Positions 42,145-51,359 of a DNA stretch of 64,000 nt are shown here, in pieces; position 1 is the first letter of the stretch, and every line of letters begins with the position of its first letter. This DNA comes from Nitrospirota bacterium. GTDB taxonomy: Bacteria; Nitrospirota; Thermodesulfovibrionia; Thermodesulfovibrionales; Dissulfurispiraceae. Below the pieces are notes generated by a model that was not told where the DNA came from, did no database searches, and saw only the letters and a program-made list of their open reading frames with translations. Where the stretch lies: positions 960,001 to 1,024,000 of the forward strand of contig CAWBMP010000004.1 in the NCBI GenBank assembly GCA_963790025.1. The letters run 5' to 3'. A program made the translations under genes and the position numbers.

Positions 42145-43119
42145 TTAGTGAGGCAGGGCTACTGTAAAGAAAACAAAGGCGTGGTCCGATGCGAAGACCT
42201 TTTCCTCAACTTCAGAAAAGCGTTCGAAGTCAAAGGGGACTGTGTTCCCATCCTCGAAAACAGCCGTTCCGCTACCCTTGGGCAATCCTCTTCTCTCGAT
42301 ATAAGGGATTCCTCTGCTGCTCTTCGAAAGAGCCGGGCTAAGTAGTATGTAGTCGAAATGCGTGACGATGTGGTGTGCGGTCCAGTAATGTGTCCACCGT
42401 TCATACTCCGGCAGCCGTGCAATAACGTCTTCCATCCCAAGTTCAAAAAGTGGCTGGAGCGCCGATGAATCCGGAGTGTCGTTAAGGTCACCAGCCACAA
42501 CAAAGGCAGCCGATTCAAATAACTCATCAGGAAACCGGCCCTTAATGATCTCTGCAACTCGTTCAGCCTGCATTCTTCTTTTGACACAAGCAGCCTCTTT
42601 CTCGTCATCTGTTCTTCCTGAACGGGATTTGAAGTGGTTAGCAAAAATCGTGAGCGGGGCGCCGTTGACATCCAGGGTTATCTCCAAACAATCCCTGCTG
42701 AAGAGGTATTCTCCATGCTCGGTTCTCTCATCTTTGTGGCTCCTCACGCTTACAACAGGAAACATACTCATAACGCCGACATTCACCAGCCGCTCATAGT
42801 GTCCGGCAACAAGCATGGTATATTGATACGCATCATCCAGGAAACTTTTATTGAAAACATCAAGCGCCGCCATGCTTTCAACTTCCTGAAGTATTACCAC
42901 GTCCGGCAAACTGCCGTTGCCGCATTTCAGAGCTAACGCCGCAAGCTCTCGAGATTCCGGATGACTCAGAATTTGACTGTCGTCCGTGGCGGCAGGAAGA
43001 TACCTGTAATCTTTGGGCACCTCCTCATAATGAAATTGACCGGGTGCCTTAAACCCTGTTTTGTACAGCACAAACATGTTATGCATATTGGCAGTGCAGA
43101 CCGTTACGGTTTTCATCAT
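42145..43119 (-). CDS. EEP family protein
   Basis: TANMHN, LQEVE, SRDCLE, NHFKS, GDLND, DYILLS, SDH. Confidence 0.9.
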   Translation of the reverse strand: MMKTVTVCTANMHNMFVLYKTGFKAPGQFHYEEVPKDYRYLPAATDDSQILSHPESRELAALALKCGNGSLPDVVILQEVESMAALDVFNKSFLDDAYQYTMLVAGHYERLVNVGVMSMFPVVSVRSHKDERTEHGEYLFSRDCLEITLDVNGAPLTIFANHFKSRSGRTDDEKEAACVKRRMQAERVAEIIKGRFPDELFESAAFVVAGDLNDTPDSSALQPLFELGMEDVIARLPEYERWTHYWTAHHIVTHFDYILLSPALSKSSRGIPYIERRGLPKGSGTAVFEDGNTVPFDFERFSEVEEKVFASDHAFVFFTVALPH

Positions 43120-43131
43120 TTCCTCCTTTCA

Positions 43132-44151
43132 TTAATTGCTGCGCTCAGACTCTGCTGATGCTCTTTCAAAAGCGGCGTCAGTCATTGAGCCTATGTAGTC
43201 CGCAACCATCCTTTTGATTGATGTGGTTGAAATGTAGCCCCTGTCCATTGCTTTGACCCATCGGCCAATGTCCGAGTCCATTCCCCTGCGAAGCTGTTCG
43301 CAACATGAATAAAAAAGGAATCGGAAACTGCTTTCCCGTTTCTTCCTCAACTGTTCAGATGCCGCATAGGAATATATGGCCCGGTAATTAAACGCGAGCA
43401 ATCCCTCAATCGCCTTAAACACCCTTTTCGAAAAAGCGACCATGGAGCTGCTGCTCTGTCTGACCAAGTCATCAATCAGGATGTCCCTGATAGAAGCTTC
43501 CGTATCGCCAAGCACACAAGCGATTTGATCAGGTATATCGCCCCGGGTTATGAGGCCCACTGCAATGGCGTCCTCGATGTCACGGCCTAAATAGGCAATG
43601 ACATCAGAGGCGCGCACTATGCAGCCCTCGAGAGTCATCGGCATAATCAGAGTGCTGTAGTGCGCCACTTTAAAACAGCTATTGAGTTCTGTTTCGAAAC
43701 ATGTCCAGGTCTTGCGGTAATTGGGGACATACTGTCTGCGTAACATCTCGCCGTTGTGGCAGAGGATTCCATCCAGCACCGGCAGCGACAACTCCAGTCC
43801 GTTTTCAAGCACCGTGAGTATCCTTGCGCTCTGGGCGTTATGGGCAAAGAATCCGCAGCCCGACTCCATGCACAGGGCATTCAGATATGCCTCTCCTTCG
43901 TGACCATATGGCGTATGCCCCAGGTCGTGACCAAGTGCGATTGCCTCGGTGAGATATTCGTCACACCTTAATAAACGGGCTATCCAGCGGGCCACGTGAC
44001 TGACGAGTTGCACATGTAGCCACCTCCGGGTGATTCCATCTCCTGCTCCCGCCTGAAACGCCTGGGTCTTGTCATACCGGGCATACGCTTTTGACCCAAT
44101 AATCACCCCGCTTTCCTTAAAATAGTCGGCTCCGGCCTGCATTGTTTTCAT
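43132..44151 (-). CDS. HD-domain dNTP triphosphohydrolase (dGTPase-like), divergent N-terminus
   Basis: KTQAF, GHDLGHTPYGHEGE, HNAQS, SDVIAY..RDIEDA, DYIGSMTD. Confidence 0.88.
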   Translation of the reverse strand: MKTMQAGADYFKESGVIIGSKAYARYDKTQAFQAGAGDGITRRWLHVQLVSHVARWIARLLRCDEYLTEAIALGHDLGHTPYGHEGEAYLNALCMESGCGFFAHNAQSARILTVLENGLELSLPVLDGILCHNGEMLRRQYVPNYRKTWTCFETELNSCFKVAHYSTLIMPMTLEGCIVRASDVIAYLGRDIEDAIAVGLITRGDIPDQIACVLGDTEASIRDILIDDLVRQSSSSMVAFSKRVFKAIEGLLAFNYRAIYSYAASEQLRKKRESSFRFLFYSCCEQLRRGMDSDIGRWVKAMDRGYISTTSIKRMVADYIGSMTDAAFERASAESERSN

Positions 44152-44175
44152 ACTCTTCGTTCCTCCTTTTCAAAC

Positions 44176-44217
44176 AAAAAAAAGGCTGATGCCCTAACGT
44201 TCGGGCAGTCAGCCTTT
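44176..44217 (-). terminator. Terminator/attenuator directly before the RBS of the dNTPase gene
   Basis: Minus AAAGGCTGACTGCCC-GAACGTTA-GGGCATCAGCC-T8-GTTTG-AAAAGGAGG. Confidence 0.85.
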
Positions 44218-44241
44218 CTTTAAATGGCTATTACTCTTTGC

Positions 44242-44409
44242 CTATACTTTGCTAAGGATCCACCCTAGCCTCTTCCGGTCCGATTCAGGCAACGTTGAAA
44301 GTGCCCGTATTACGAGCCAAGGCTTCTCTTTTATCAGTGCTTCTATCCTTTTATAGCTGCTCGTGCCGGTAGTTCCCTTGTCTCTTGCTATGTGTCTGCC
44401 GCCGTTCAT
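44242..44409 (-). CDS. Small basic hypothetical protein (55 aa)
   Basis: SD AAGGAGG with normal spacing; lies between two terminators. Confidence 0.5.
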   Translation of the reverse strand: MNGGRHIARDKGTTGTSSYKRIEALIKEKPWLVIRALSTLPESDRKRLGWILSKV

Positions 44410-44429
44410 TGTGCACCTCCTTTTCAAAC

Positions 44430-44478
44430 AAAAAAGGCGGCCGGCTTTTCACTCCGAAGGAGCTACTTGCCGGCCGCC
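44430..44478 (-). terminator. Terminator/attenuator directly before RBS
   Basis: Minus GGCGGCCGGC...GCCGGCCGCC-T6-GTTTG-AAAAGGAGG. Confidence 0.85.
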
Positions 44479-44504
44479 ATGATTGCTGCAATTAAGAAGT
44501 TATG

Positions 44505-44816
44505 TTACTGCGGTGATATCCCGCTGCGTACCATATGTAACCGAGTTTTGCCGTCACATATGTCCATGGCAGCGATAAGCATGGAAAGTACTCTTTCTGT
44601 TGCAAGCTGAAGTTCCTTTTCAGACCACTCGGGGTGGGCAGCTTTGTTGGCCCTATAAACTTCCATGAAGTTGTAAGACTTTTTGATCGTGTTGCAATTA
44701 ACGCGGATGGAAGAGTTAATCGCCCCTCCTGTCGCCACGTTATCCCCGGCAACTGCAAGACCTGCCGGTATTAAGGCTAAAGCTAAAGCAATTGCGAGAC
44801 TGTAATGTGTTTTCAT
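44505..44816 (-). CDS. Small exported hypothetical protein
   Basis: SD AAGGAGG; signal peptide MKTHYSLAIALALALIPAGLAVA; two Cys. Confidence 0.65.
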   Translation of the reverse strand: MKTHYSLAIALALALIPAGLAVAGDNVATGGAINSSIRVNCNTIKKSYNFMEVYRANKAAHPEWSEKELQLATERVLSMLIAAMDICDGKTRLHMVRSGISPQ

Positions 44817-44862
44817 AACTTCCTCCTTAGGGCTTGCGAATAAATAACTTGCCCTTAAAAAC

Positions 44863-44908
44863 AAAAAAAGGCACAGCCCCTTCCAATGGTTGGGAGACTG
44901 TGCTCTTT
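44863..44908 (-). terminator. Leader terminator/attenuator upstream of first cassette gene
   Basis: Minus GCACAGTCTC..GGGGCTGTGC-C-T7-G. Confidence 0.75.
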
Positions 44909-45753
44909 CTGTGTTGCCTAATTTTTAACTTATTGTTTTTCGCAAAAAATATTTAAGCGGCAGGATAAAAATTCTCCAATACTGTTTTTTTGAGATGATG
45001 TTGATATGTCGCTTGAGGAGTAGATTGATCCAAGGTTGATATAAAACCTTTTGGAAATCAATCAAAAAAAACTTTATGAAAATTGTCGTTAGATTCGTCA
45101 GTGAAGGTTATTTCTAAAAATACTATAATAATAAAGGGCTGCCTTGTAAATAAAAAAGGGACATTAACAGTGAAACCAATTGAAATGTCTATGAATTACG
45201 TTTGATAAAAACTACGCTCCCCCCATTTGCCCCAAGATGGCGGAAGAAACTCGTAAAAACAAAGAGATACTCTTTAAAAGAACCTTCAAAAACAAAAGAA
45301 CTCTTAAAAGAATAAAACGAAAATATTTATTCATACATAATCGGTATATAATTTCACTCATTCCCAATTACTTTTCAATGTGTTCACAGTTTCCCAGTAA
45401 CTCTCTAGTCATGACTATAGTCACCTGTTGACTTACTAATCAGTCATTACTCCAGTCACCCTTCTTCTGCCTTTTGGTAGTGTTGAAAGGTTAGAGGTTA
45501 GACAACCTCAAACCTTTCAACTTGCTATCAATAAGAAAGCTACATGCTAACAAAAAAGCGTCTTCCTTACTGCTGAAAGCATATTGCTATCGAAAGTAAT
45601 ATCTATTTACGTACAGCATACAGCGTTCAGTGTTCAGCGTACTCCGTTGCAAACAAGACAGTTAATTATTGCAGTTTCAGTCGGTTAGAGCTTTTTAACT
45701 GTACGCCGAACACAGTACGGTGAACATGTTACGCAAAAGGGGGGTAGAGTATT

Positions 45754-46737
45754 ATGAAGATAGGAATTGATGTAGGATACGGGTATACCAAGGTCGTCAC
45801 AACGCATTCCTCAATTATCTTTCCATCCCGTGTGGGTCCTGCCAGGGAGTTGTCGTACTCGCTCAAAGAAGGCACTGACGTTATGGGAGAAACTGTCGAA
45901 TATGAGGGCGAACGATATTTTGTAGGGGAGAAGGCAAGACATAGCGATGTTACCTACACCCTCATGACAAGAGGCTGGATCGAGAGCAAGATGTATGGGG
46001 CATTGCTTACTTCGGCCCTTACCAGGGCAATGAACGGCAGATATGCTTTAGCTGACCCTGAAGAAATAATTATTGTCACCGGCCTTCCCGTAGATTATAT
46101 GAGAGATAAAACCAAAGCCGAAGAGAGCCTCGGAAAGGCGTGCGATGGGATTGGCCTCCGTATCACAGGCATCAATATAATACCGCAGCCTTTCGGCTCT
46201 TTTTTTGACATGTTTTACGATAATAACGGTGATATTGCCGGCAGCGCACCTTTCTTAAAAAGGATTGGGATAGTCGATATCGGTTATCACACCACGGATT
46301 ATATTCTTATCGAGGAGGCTCAACGCAATATCGAGAAGGCCTCTGGCAGCGTTCCTACTGGGGCCCATGAGATATACGATATTGTAGCCAGAGAATTAAA
46401 GAACATGTTCGACAGAGATACAGTTACTGCGGAAGAGGCCGAGCACTGCGTTAAAACCAAACATTATAAAGTCTCGGGTCAAAACAAAGATATGGGTACC
46501 CTGGTTGGCCGAGTGCTGTCACAAGTGGGGCAAAAGATAACTGGTATTGTTAAATCTAAATGGAACCTTGAAGGAGAAATTGACATTGTCCTGCTAACCG
46601 GAGGCGGAGCTGCGCTTATTCAGCCGCACATCTCATCTATAGCGCATACTCACTTCCTGATAAATGAACCCCAGATGGCCAATGCGCGAGGATATTATAA
46701 GAGGAGCGTCATCCTGGAACGAAAAATTAAAGGTTAG
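45754..46737 (+). CDS. ParM/StbA-family actin-like ATPase
   Basis: GIDVGYGYTK, TGLP, PQP, DIGYHTTD, LTGGGA, ANARGY. Confidence 0.9.
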   Translation: MKIGIDVGYGYTKVVTTHSSIIFPSRVGPARELSYSLKEGTDVMGETVEYEGERYFVGEKARHSDVTYTLMTRGWIESKMYGALLTSALTRAMNGRYALADPEEIIIVTGLPVDYMRDKTKAEESLGKACDGIGLRITGINIIPQPFGSFFDMFYDNNGDIAGSAPFLKRIGIVDIGYHTTDYILIEEAQRNIEKASGSVPTGAHEIYDIVARELKNMFDRDTVTAEEAEHCVKTKHYKVSGQNKDMGTLVGRVLSQVGQKITGIVKSKWNLEGEIDIVLLTGGGAALIQPHISSIAHTHFLINEPQMANARGYYKRSVILERKIKG

Positions 46738-46752
46738 CGGAGACATGGGCGG

Positions 46753-47049
46753 ATGGAAAAAACAGCAATATGCTTCATACGATTGTACCCTGATAATCCG
46801 GAGGATGCCCTTATTATTGCCGGCCTCGGCACAAGAAAAAGAAAAGGGGAGAAATCCAGGGTCATAAAAGACATACTTTATGCTCATTTCAGAAATAAGA
46901 AGAGCAGTCTCCCGGAACCGCCAACCGAATCACGCAAGGGGATTAAAGGACCATCGTCTCAGCTCCATCCGAAAAGCACTGCGCTGTCGGATGATGAAAA
47001 AGTGACATTAAAAAAGAACCTCGACGAACTTTCAGATATGCTTATGTAG
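46753..47049 (+). CDS. Putative ParR-like adaptor
   Basis: Small basic gene right after the ParM-like gene; RHH-like N-terminus, Pro-rich linker, acidic C-terminal helix. Confidence 0.6.
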   Translation: MEKTAICFIRLYPDNPEDALIIAGLGTRKRKGEKSRVIKDILYAHFRNKKSSLPEPPTESRKGIKGPSSQLHPKSTALSDDEKVTLKKNLDELSDMLM

Positions 47050-47075
47050 TTCACCCGCGAAGAATTTGGTTCCCT

Positions 47076-47867
47076 CTAAAAAGCACTCTTCACCACTCCG
47101 CCATCAACCCTCAATGGAGCACCCGTAGTTGCAGACGAAAGCGGGCTGGCGATATAGGTTACCAATGCAGCAACCTCCTCGCACGAGGCAAACCGCTTGA
47201 TTAGAGATGTGGGCCGGACCTTCTCGAAAAATTCTCTTTCGACTTCCTCGATAGTTTTACCTTGGGCCTTTGAATATGTCTCGACAAAATCACCTACCCC
47301 CCGGGATTTTGTTGGTCCTGGAAGCACGGTATTTACCGTGATGCCTGTACCGGCCACTGCCTCAGCCACGCCGCGGGCCACCCCCAGCATTGCTGTCTTG
47401 GTTACGCCATAATGAATCATGTCACCAGGAATTTGCACACCGCTCTCGCTGGAAATAAAGATGATGCGCCCCCAGTTGCGGCGCTTCATTCCGGGGAGAA
47501 AAAGCCGGGTCAGGCGAATTCCGCTTAAAACATTTACCTCAAATATACGCCGCCAGTCATCATCCGAGGTGTCTTCAAAAGACCGCAGCTCATAGATGCC
47601 CAGGTTGTTGACCAGTATTTCTACATCGGGATATCCCCTAGCAAGTTCATTAGCCGCTTCAGCCGTACTCAGATCACCGGCAAATCCATAAAGTGTGCCT
47701 TTGCCGGTTTCCCGTAACTTTGCTACCGCCGTATCTACCGAAGCCTTTCCGCGGCCATTGACGATCACGCGGGCACCTTCCCGCGCAAGTGATTCTGCTA
47801 TCGCATAACCAATCCCGGCCGTGCTGCCGGAAACAAGAGCAAGTTTATTTTTGATCTTTAAATCCAT
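47076..47867 (-). CDS. SDR oxidoreductase
   Basis: GSTAGIG, LVNN, YGVTK, DGG. Confidence 0.93.
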   Translation of the reverse strand: MDLKIKNKLALVSGSTAGIGYAIAESLAREGARVIVNGRGKASVDTAVAKLRETGKGTLYGFAGDLSTAEAANELARGYPDVEILVNNLGIYELRSFEDTSDDDWRRIFEVNVLSGIRLTRLFLPGMKRRNWGRIIFISSESGVQIPGDMIHYGVTKTAMLGVARGVAEAVAGTGITVNTVLPGPTKSRGVGDFVETYSKAQGKTIEEVEREFFEKVRPTSLIKRFASCEEVAALVTYIASPLSSATTGAPLRVDGGVVKSAF

Positions 47868-48082
47868 GATCTACCCCCTCTCCGCCTTTTTTTATGATTA
47901 TATCGCTCTCTTGTTTGTCAATCAACCTGGACCCTGACCTTGTAGTTGGTTGTACGAAAGCCCTGCAGCATTTTCTTAAAGCCGCTGCAATTTTATGATA
48001 CAATCATCTAAGGTACAGCAGCGTGTAATTTAAAACTTTGGGACCTGAACGCTGTGATCCTCTTAATCAAATGGGAGAAGGC

Positions 48083-49132
48083 ATGGATGAAGAACGTCTG
48101 CAACATCTGATGAAACTTATCAAGGGCGATGGAGAAGTAAAAAGCGTAGAGGGTCGCTGCGAAGTAAAGGAAAATGATAAATCCGACGTGGAGCTTCTCG
48201 ACGTATACTCGCGTGCAGTTATAACGGTAGTCGACGCTGTAGGGCCGGCAGTTCTGAGTGTTTCTGTCGGCGCGCAATCCCGGGCGAACAAAACAGAACA
48301 GATCGGATCGGGCTCTGGTGTTATGATCGCTCCGGACGGCTATATCCTAACGAACGATCACGTTGTGCATAACGCTACACAGCTATCTGTAACACTTACG
48401 GATGGAACAACACTCCCGGCGACAGTTGTCGGTGTCGACCCGGCTACAGATCTGGCTGTGATCCGTGCTGACGGTTCCGGGCTGCCGTATGCAACACTCG
48501 GCGATTCAGGCTCATTGCGTGTGGGGCAATTAATCATTGCAATAGGTAACCCCTTTGGGTTCCAGTCCACGGTATCTACCGGCGTTGTGAGTGCTCTTGG
48601 CCGGGCCTTGCGAAGCCGTCAAGAACGGCTCATTGAGAATATTATTCAACATACGGCGCCTCTGAATCCCGGAAACTCTGGCGGTCCGCTGGTCGATTCC
48701 AGAGGGAGGATCGTCGGCATTAACACAGCGATCATCATGATGGCCCAGGGGATAGGTTTTTCCATTCCGTCAAATACAGCCGAATGGGTAGTGTCTCAAT
48801 TGCTTACTCATGGCCGGGTGCGCCGGGGGTATCTGGGCATTACTGCACAGCAGCGGCCTCTCACCAGACGATTGGTCAGATTTCATAATCTGAATAGCGA
48901 TTTTGCCGTCGAGGTTGTGTCGGTCATACCTGACAGTCCAGCCGCTAAGAGCGGCATACTGGAGGGTGATATAATAGTGGCTATTAACGATCAGGGTGTG
49001 ACAAGCGTGGACCACATCCATCGCTTTCTCGGTGAATGGCCTGTGGGAAAGTCGGTGAAGCTCACTGTTATCCGTTGGCAGGAGCGGCTCGAAAAAGAGA
49101 TTATTCCCTCTGAGGAAAAAAGTCTGAATTAG
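48083..49132 (+). CDS. HtrA-like trypsin protease with one PDZ, no obvious signal peptide
   Basis: GSG, TNDHV, DLAV, NPGNSGGPL, RGYLGI. Confidence 0.92.
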   Translation: MDEERLQHLMKLIKGDGEVKSVEGRCEVKENDKSDVELLDVYSRAVITVVDAVGPAVLSVSVGAQSRANKTEQIGSGSGVMIAPDGYILTNDHVVHNATQLSVTLTDGTTLPATVVGVDPATDLAVIRADGSGLPYATLGDSGSLRVGQLIIAIGNPFGFQSTVSTGVVSALGRALRSRQERLIENIIQHTAPLNPGNSGGPLVDSRGRIVGINTAIIMMAQGIGFSIPSNTAEWVVSQLLTHGRVRRGYLGITAQQRPLTRRLVRFHNLNSDFAVEVVSVIPDSPAAKSGILEGDIIVAINDQGVTSVDHIHRFLGEWPVGKSVKLTVIRWQERLEKEIIPSEEKSLN

Positions 49133-49168
49133 CTTAACAAACCTGACATCAATAAGGAGGATTGCGTC

Positions 49169-49666
49169 ATGTCAACTTCTGAAGCGGCTCAATTATCAGA
49201 GGCTATTCTACTTAGAGTAAAAGAAGTGAAGGAAATTTATGCGGGGTTGGATGAGAACACTGCCTCCAGCGCTCCTTCCGGTCGATGGTCACCCAAACAA
49301 ATCCTTTCTCACCTCTGTGGCCCTGAAGGACGCGGTCATTTACCGCTCATTAAGGTTTTTCTGGAACATGACACCCCTCGAATAGACCTTGACATCGGGA
49401 ATGATTTCTTTTCGGGGAAGCGTTCGCGGATAACCGTTACAGAGCTTTTGTCGGAGTTTGAACAAGATTACAGCAGAATAGCAGAATTTGCCTCTGGTTT
49501 AACAGGAGAACAGCTGAACAGGAAAGCTCATATTCCTGCACTGAAAGAATCGCCATTGGGCGAGTACCCTACGTTGGCAACATGGATTAAAGGGCTGGGG
49601 GAGTACCACGTCGGCTCTCATATAGACCATTTGCGGGAGATTTTAAAGGCCCTCGGGGCGGCATAG
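49169..49666 (+). CDS. DinB-like protein
   Basis: WSPKQILSHL ... H..SHIDHL. Confidence 0.75.
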   Translation: MSTSEAAQLSEAILLRVKEVKEIYAGLDENTASSAPSGRWSPKQILSHLCGPEGRGHLPLIKVFLEHDTPRIDLDIGNDFFSGKRSRITVTELLSEFEQDYSRIAEFASGLTGEQLNRKAHIPALKESPLGEYPTLATWIKGLGEYHVGSHIDHLREILKALGAA

Positions 49667-49693
49667 GTTTCCATGAAATGCCATACGTAAGTT

Positions 49694-50635
49694 CTATTTA
49701 AAAATAAGTTCCGGTTTTTTCATGAACACGCGTGTATCGGGCGGTACCGAGTCTGTAATCCACACGTTCCCCCCGATTACCGAACGGGCGCCAATCACTG
49801 TATCGCCACCCAATATGGTCACGCCTGAATAGACGATTACGTCATCCTCAAGTGTTGGATGGCGTTTTTCATTGCGGAGCTGTCCCACTTCATCTTTCGA
49901 GAGAGAAAGTGCCCCAAGCGTGACTCCCTGATATATCCGTACGCGGTCTCCGATTTTCGTTGTTTCCCCGATAACCACACCGGTCCCGTGGTCGATGAAA
50001 AAACTCTCCCCGATTCGGGCGCCAGGATGAATGTCGATGCCTGTCACGCTGTGCGCATATTCAGACATTATACGGGGGACCAGCGGAACATTTTGCCTAT
50101 AGAGCTGGTGTGCCATCCGGTGCACGGTAACTGCAAAGAGACCGGGATAACTGAATATCACTTCATCGTAGCTCTTCGCTGCAGGATCACCGTCATAGGC
50201 AGCGCGAACGTCCTTGGCGAGCAAGGTCCTCATATGAGGAAGCTCCTGCATAAAATTTACAGTAATCTCCTCGCCTTGCTCTTCGCATACGACGCACTCA
50301 AGGTTACGGCGGCGGCATTCATGACGTATTGCAAAGGTGACCTGTTTCGACAACTTTTCAAAAAACGTCGTTACTTCCTGCCCATAATAGTAGACCAGAT
50401 TAACTTTATCTATTCGCGTGGGGGAGAAGTAACCTGGATACAATAATCCACACGCCATATGCGTAATCTCTATGATAGATTCCTTTGAAGGCAGTGGTTC
50501 CAGGTCTACATGGTCAAAACAATTTTGTGCATGGCAGACTGCTACAAGGTTCTCCACTATTACAGGAATTTGGTCGCGAAACTGCCTATGTTTTTCTATA
50601 CTGATACTACACTGCTCAGAATCAGTCCTGTCCAT
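49694..50635 (-). CDS. cysE: Serine O-acetyltransferase
   Basis: GDPAA, GIDIHPGA, IDHGTGVVIGET, KRHPT. Confidence 0.92.
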   Translation of the reverse strand: MDRTDSEQCSISIEKHRQFRDQIPVIVENLVAVCHAQNCFDHVDLEPLPSKESIIEITHMACGLLYPGYFSPTRIDKVNLVYYYGQEVTTFFEKLSKQVTFAIRHECRRRNLECVVCEEQGEEITVNFMQELPHMRTLLAKDVRAAYDGDPAAKSYDEVIFSYPGLFAVTVHRMAHQLYRQNVPLVPRIMSEYAHSVTGIDIHPGARIGESFFIDHGTGVVIGETTKIGDRVRIYQGVTLGALSLSKDEVGQLRNEKRHPTLEDDVIVYSGVTILGGDTVIGARSVIGGNVWITDSVPPDTRVFMKKPELIFK

Positions 50636-50725
50636 TGCCGGCCCTTATGCCTCCACAAAATCATAAATTCATGAGAGGCGTACCAGGTACGCCCCTCGAA
50701 ACAATATCTCCCTTTCACTCTACCC

Positions 50726-51319
50726 CTAAACACCTGCTGCCGCAGTCAGCGCCGAGTATGGCACAGCACGGCGGGCCCATTCGCTCCCCGGGTATTTCTC
50801 CGTCAGGGTATCGTAAGCCCTGCGCAATGGTGAAGCCTCATGAAACTTCTTGTACTCGGCCACACCCAGATAAAAAATAGCCTCTGGAGTTGCCCCTGCA
50901 TTTGGATGCTGCTCTATGACTGAAGTGAATGCCTTGATCGCGTCGTTAAAGTGGTCGGTGTCGAAAAAGACCTTTGCCCTGCCAAGTTCAAGATGGGCAA
51001 GCAGGTCATCAATGGGGACATATCCCACTATCCGGTGGTGCTCTTTCCCCGACTTACCGTGGATTATAAGGGTCGGGGTCCATTTGATGTTAAATTGTTC
51101 CATAAGCTCAACCGGCTTATCAAAGAAGCACTGGGTTTTCAGAGGAATGAAATTATCCTGGATAAACTTCTGGACCTGCTCACTTGAATACGGACCCGTA
51201 TTCATTGCAGCGCAACCAATTCAACCGTCAAACCAGAAATCATGATAGATCGGCTTGCCTTCCCTTTTAGCCTTTTTTATTGCCTCGTTGAAGTTCCCTT
51301 CCCATATTATCTCGGCCAT
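50726..51319 (-). CDS. Selenocysteine thioredoxin-fold + TPR-like protein (UxxC), 197 aa
   Basis: SD GGAGG, MAEIIWE...DFWFDG-U-IGC; in-frame TGA 51223-51221; hairpin TGAATACG-GGTC-CGTATTCA 16 nt downstream; WTPT cis-Pro motif. Confidence 0.85.
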
Positions 51320-51359
51320 AACGCACCTCCGTTTGGATTAATGGTTAGCTCCATATCAA

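Noticed and set aside
42066..44908. ANTAR dual-hairpin sites, a riboswitch family or integron attC sites
   Set aside because: No consistent hexaloop pair, no shared aptamer core and no attC core sites found; only terminator form and the U-tract/RBS are shared.
45237..45431. 64-aa Lys-rich ORF
   Set aside because: Low-complexity A-rich sequence without SD or motifs; more likely part of the non-coding spacer.
45610..45725. Firm call of a parC centromere
   Set aside because: The same GTTCAGCGTAC-type heptamers occur at about 14210-14260 and 16428-16463, so they may be a genome-wide repeat.
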